A stretch of 64,000 nucleotides of DNA, taken from NCBI GenBank assembly GCA_030704615.1, contig CM060731.1:26536001-26600000 (forward strand), given 5' to 3'. The translations under genes and the position numbers were made by a program. This document shows positions 61,407-64,000 of this stretch, one piece after another; position 1 is the first letter of the stretch, and the number at the start of each line of letters is the position of its first letter. Source of the DNA: Takakia lepidozioides. Lineage: Eukaryota > Plantae > Bryophyta. The notes below the pieces were generated by a model. It worked only from the letters and a program-made list of their open reading frames with translations. It ran no database searches and was not told the DNA's origin.

Positions 61407-64000
61407 ATGGAGATTGACAGACAGGCGGTGGAGTCATTCCCGGTGCCTGCAGGTCTGTACATCCGTTCTCTCTATTTCTTGGTCACAGGCGGCCATTGAT
61501 CTTTCAGCAGTATCATCAAATTCACACTTGATCTGTAGTTAATTGGTCAATGTACAAGGCGAAGTCTCGCCGGCCTGTTGTGCTACGGCATGGTAATGTC
61601 CACCAGAATATATCAATGGCCCTTGTGTAATGCGCTTAAGGAATTACAGTTCACATTCTGTAATCTAGAAAACACTAATACTGGGAGTGAGTTTTGGGCG
61701 ATTATGTCAAGGTTTTTTTGGATCTGCTGTCAGAGGGGGGTCATGTTATTTTCTCAAGAACACGCCATGGTCAGACATCTCAAACCGCAATGAAAAAATA
61801 TAAAATAATCCTGCAATGGCGAGTTTTCGATGACAGGGGTGAAATTCTCGTATGGAACCGCGGGATTCCGCACGGATGCAGCATTGTTGCCCTCCACAGT
61901 GTTCCGAATGGGAATGTTGGCAGCCTTGCGGTCTCGAAGTGCAGGTGGCGTAACAGGAGTGGTTATCACTGCTTCACACAACCCTGTCCATGAGAACGGG
62001 GTGAAATTGGCAGATCCAACTGGTGGCATGCTCAGTGTAGAATGGGAGCTCTATGCAAACATGTTAGCTAATGCACAAAATCTGGATGCTGTTGAACAGG
62101 TGCCCACTTTTCTTCCAAGTGCCTCCAGCTATTTTCCCGTTTCTGACCACTTTTAGAAGTCATGAAGCAATATGTATGCAGTTTGGGATGGTAGTGTTTG
62201 CAGAGCTGCAAATAAAATTTAGGGACGATTTGAGGAGTTTGAGAGAATTGCAAACATCTCCGATTATCTGTAAGTGATGGTGTGGTCAATTTATTTTCTG
62301 CTGGTTTGTCGAATCTGAATTCATGACGACATCAATTGGTTTTTGACAGCAGAGCAGAATGAGAGAGAGGGACAGAGAGAGATATGAACCTATTGATGTT
62401 TCCCTGACCTCAGTGCCGTCCTCTCTTGAGGGTATAGTTGACAAGATACTGATCCTCCTGGAGGGAGCTCTGGGTATTCCATGGTATATGAGAGCCACCC
62501 CGAAATTGCCATAGTACTGATGTATGGCTGGTAGAAACCTGCTAACAGGCCATCGAGCATAGATTTAAGGGCTGCCATTAACATTATGCTGACCGCGGTA
62601 GTTTGTCAAACACTGTTCTTCTAGTTGCAGTAGATGAGATACATGCACTTACACCCTCATCATCTTTTTGGGAACAAAAGGATGGCAGCATCCATTAGCT
62701 TAAATCCTTACAACCTTCGAGGGCACCGCTGTGGATGCAGATGGAGAGTGAGGTGTGCCATTCTTAACAGATATTCTGAGAATGCATGCTGATAAGTTTT
62801 GACAGTACAGGTGGTCAGAGAGATCGCGAAGAAAGAGGGCATCCAGGGCAGGAATGAATTGAATGGAAAAGTGCTGCTGGCCAGGGACACAAGGCCCAGT
62901 GGGGAGTCTCTGCTTACAACTGCGCAACAGGTATAGCTCTCCCCAATTCAAGCCTTATGTTGGGTTTGCCTTTTATCTCAGGAAGGGAGCATCAGGTTGA
63001 CACCTCTACTAGCCATGTTGATGTCTTTAAAAGTCTCTCTTTAGATTGGATTGAGGAGACCTAAAGAGGGCTATTGGCACCAACGCCCAGTACACCTTAA
63101 TTCAAGCCTCAGAGTATTATCTTTCCAGTGAGGGCATGAGCTTTTAGAGAAGACCCCTTGTGATGGATTTCCTCTATAGAGCCTGCAGTACCATTAGCCC
63201 TTGTTTCTCTATTTGTAGGGGAATGACTAATTTTCTTTTCTCTCATGTGTTAGCTGGAAGGTCAGGTATGGAATGTGAGTACACCTTGCCAGGTAGGTAA
63301 TAATGAAATTTAATAATATTAGTATATGTGGGAAGGGTGTTGAAGCAGTGGGGGGCGTACTGGCATACGACATGGGCATTCTGACAACTCCACAACTGCA
63401 CTGGATGATTTTGTCTATTAACAGGGGCCTTCCTGCCTCTGAAGCTGATTACTTCTTGCAGCTCTCCAATGCCTTCAGGTGGATCTTCCTGTCTTTGTCT
63501 CTCTCTCCCTGTCTCCCTTTGCCCTACGTGTCATTGTCTTTGTCATTGTCTTGTCTTCAAGTATTCATGAACAACATCTTTGCCTCTGGTTTAAGCATCA
63601 CTTCAATTTGTTTCACATCTATTGGGGTATTTGGATACTAGTCTGCAACTTCATCCTTTTCCAAGGATTTACTGAAAGCTTTCCAGTGTAAACTTGTCTT
63701 TCTTTCCTCAGAATACTGGTGAAAGAAGGTCCTCCTGCCACCCCTGCAGATCCTGCACAATATGAATTGATTGTGGATGCAGCCAATGGTGTGGGTGCCA
63801 GCAAGCTCATGAAATTACAGCAACTTATCCCAAGCCTCAGTTTGCAAGTTCGGAACTCCGGCAAGATAGGGGAGGGGTTGCTGAATGATGGCGTCGGTGC
63901 TGATTTTGTGCAAAAGGAAAAGGTTGCTCCTCGTGGCTTCAGGTTGCCCGGAGATGTCGCAAGAAGGTCATTTCGCTTCTCTTTGCATGTACGTATGAGA
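61407..64000 (+). CDS. DRT101: Phosphoacetylglucosamine mutase (PGM3/AGM family), 5' exons; continues beyond the window
   Basis: Exons ~61407-61452, 61837-62099 (FSYGTAGFR, VITASHNP, NGVKLADP), 62811-62930 (ARDTRPSG), 63336-63478 (TTPQLHW), 63712-63966 (VDAANGVG, LNDGVGADFVQ). Confidence 0.95.

Overview
Eukaryotic, intron-containing land-plant DNA, probably from a non-seed plant (inferred from the transposon repertoire). There are three host genes on the + strand: a RECQSIM-type RecQ helicase (~1.4-12.6 kb), a RING+PHD protein (~27.1-29.7 kb) and the 5' part of phosphoacetylglucosamine mutase (61.4 kb to the window end). Between them lie many transposon relics. The centrepiece is a four-layer nest at 35-60.5 kb. 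An NLR-type LRR fragment is cut by a CRE-like non-LTR retrotransposon. That element is split by a ~11.3 kb Mutator-superfamily DNA transposon, which carries a GCM-like/DDE/SWIM transposase and a divergent spliced ParB-like + N4C/N6A amino-methyltransferase gene whose introns hold arrays of a 22-24 bp palindrome. The transposase is in turn split by a 12 kb Ty3/Gypsy element that encodes a DNMT3-like cytosine methyltransferase and a C-terminal PHD finger and has a self-priming site. This Gypsy element has split terminal repeats (A...B-A-B) instead of ordinary LTRs. Exon borders were read by eye and are approximate. Many frameshifts in the repeats may be long-read indel errors.
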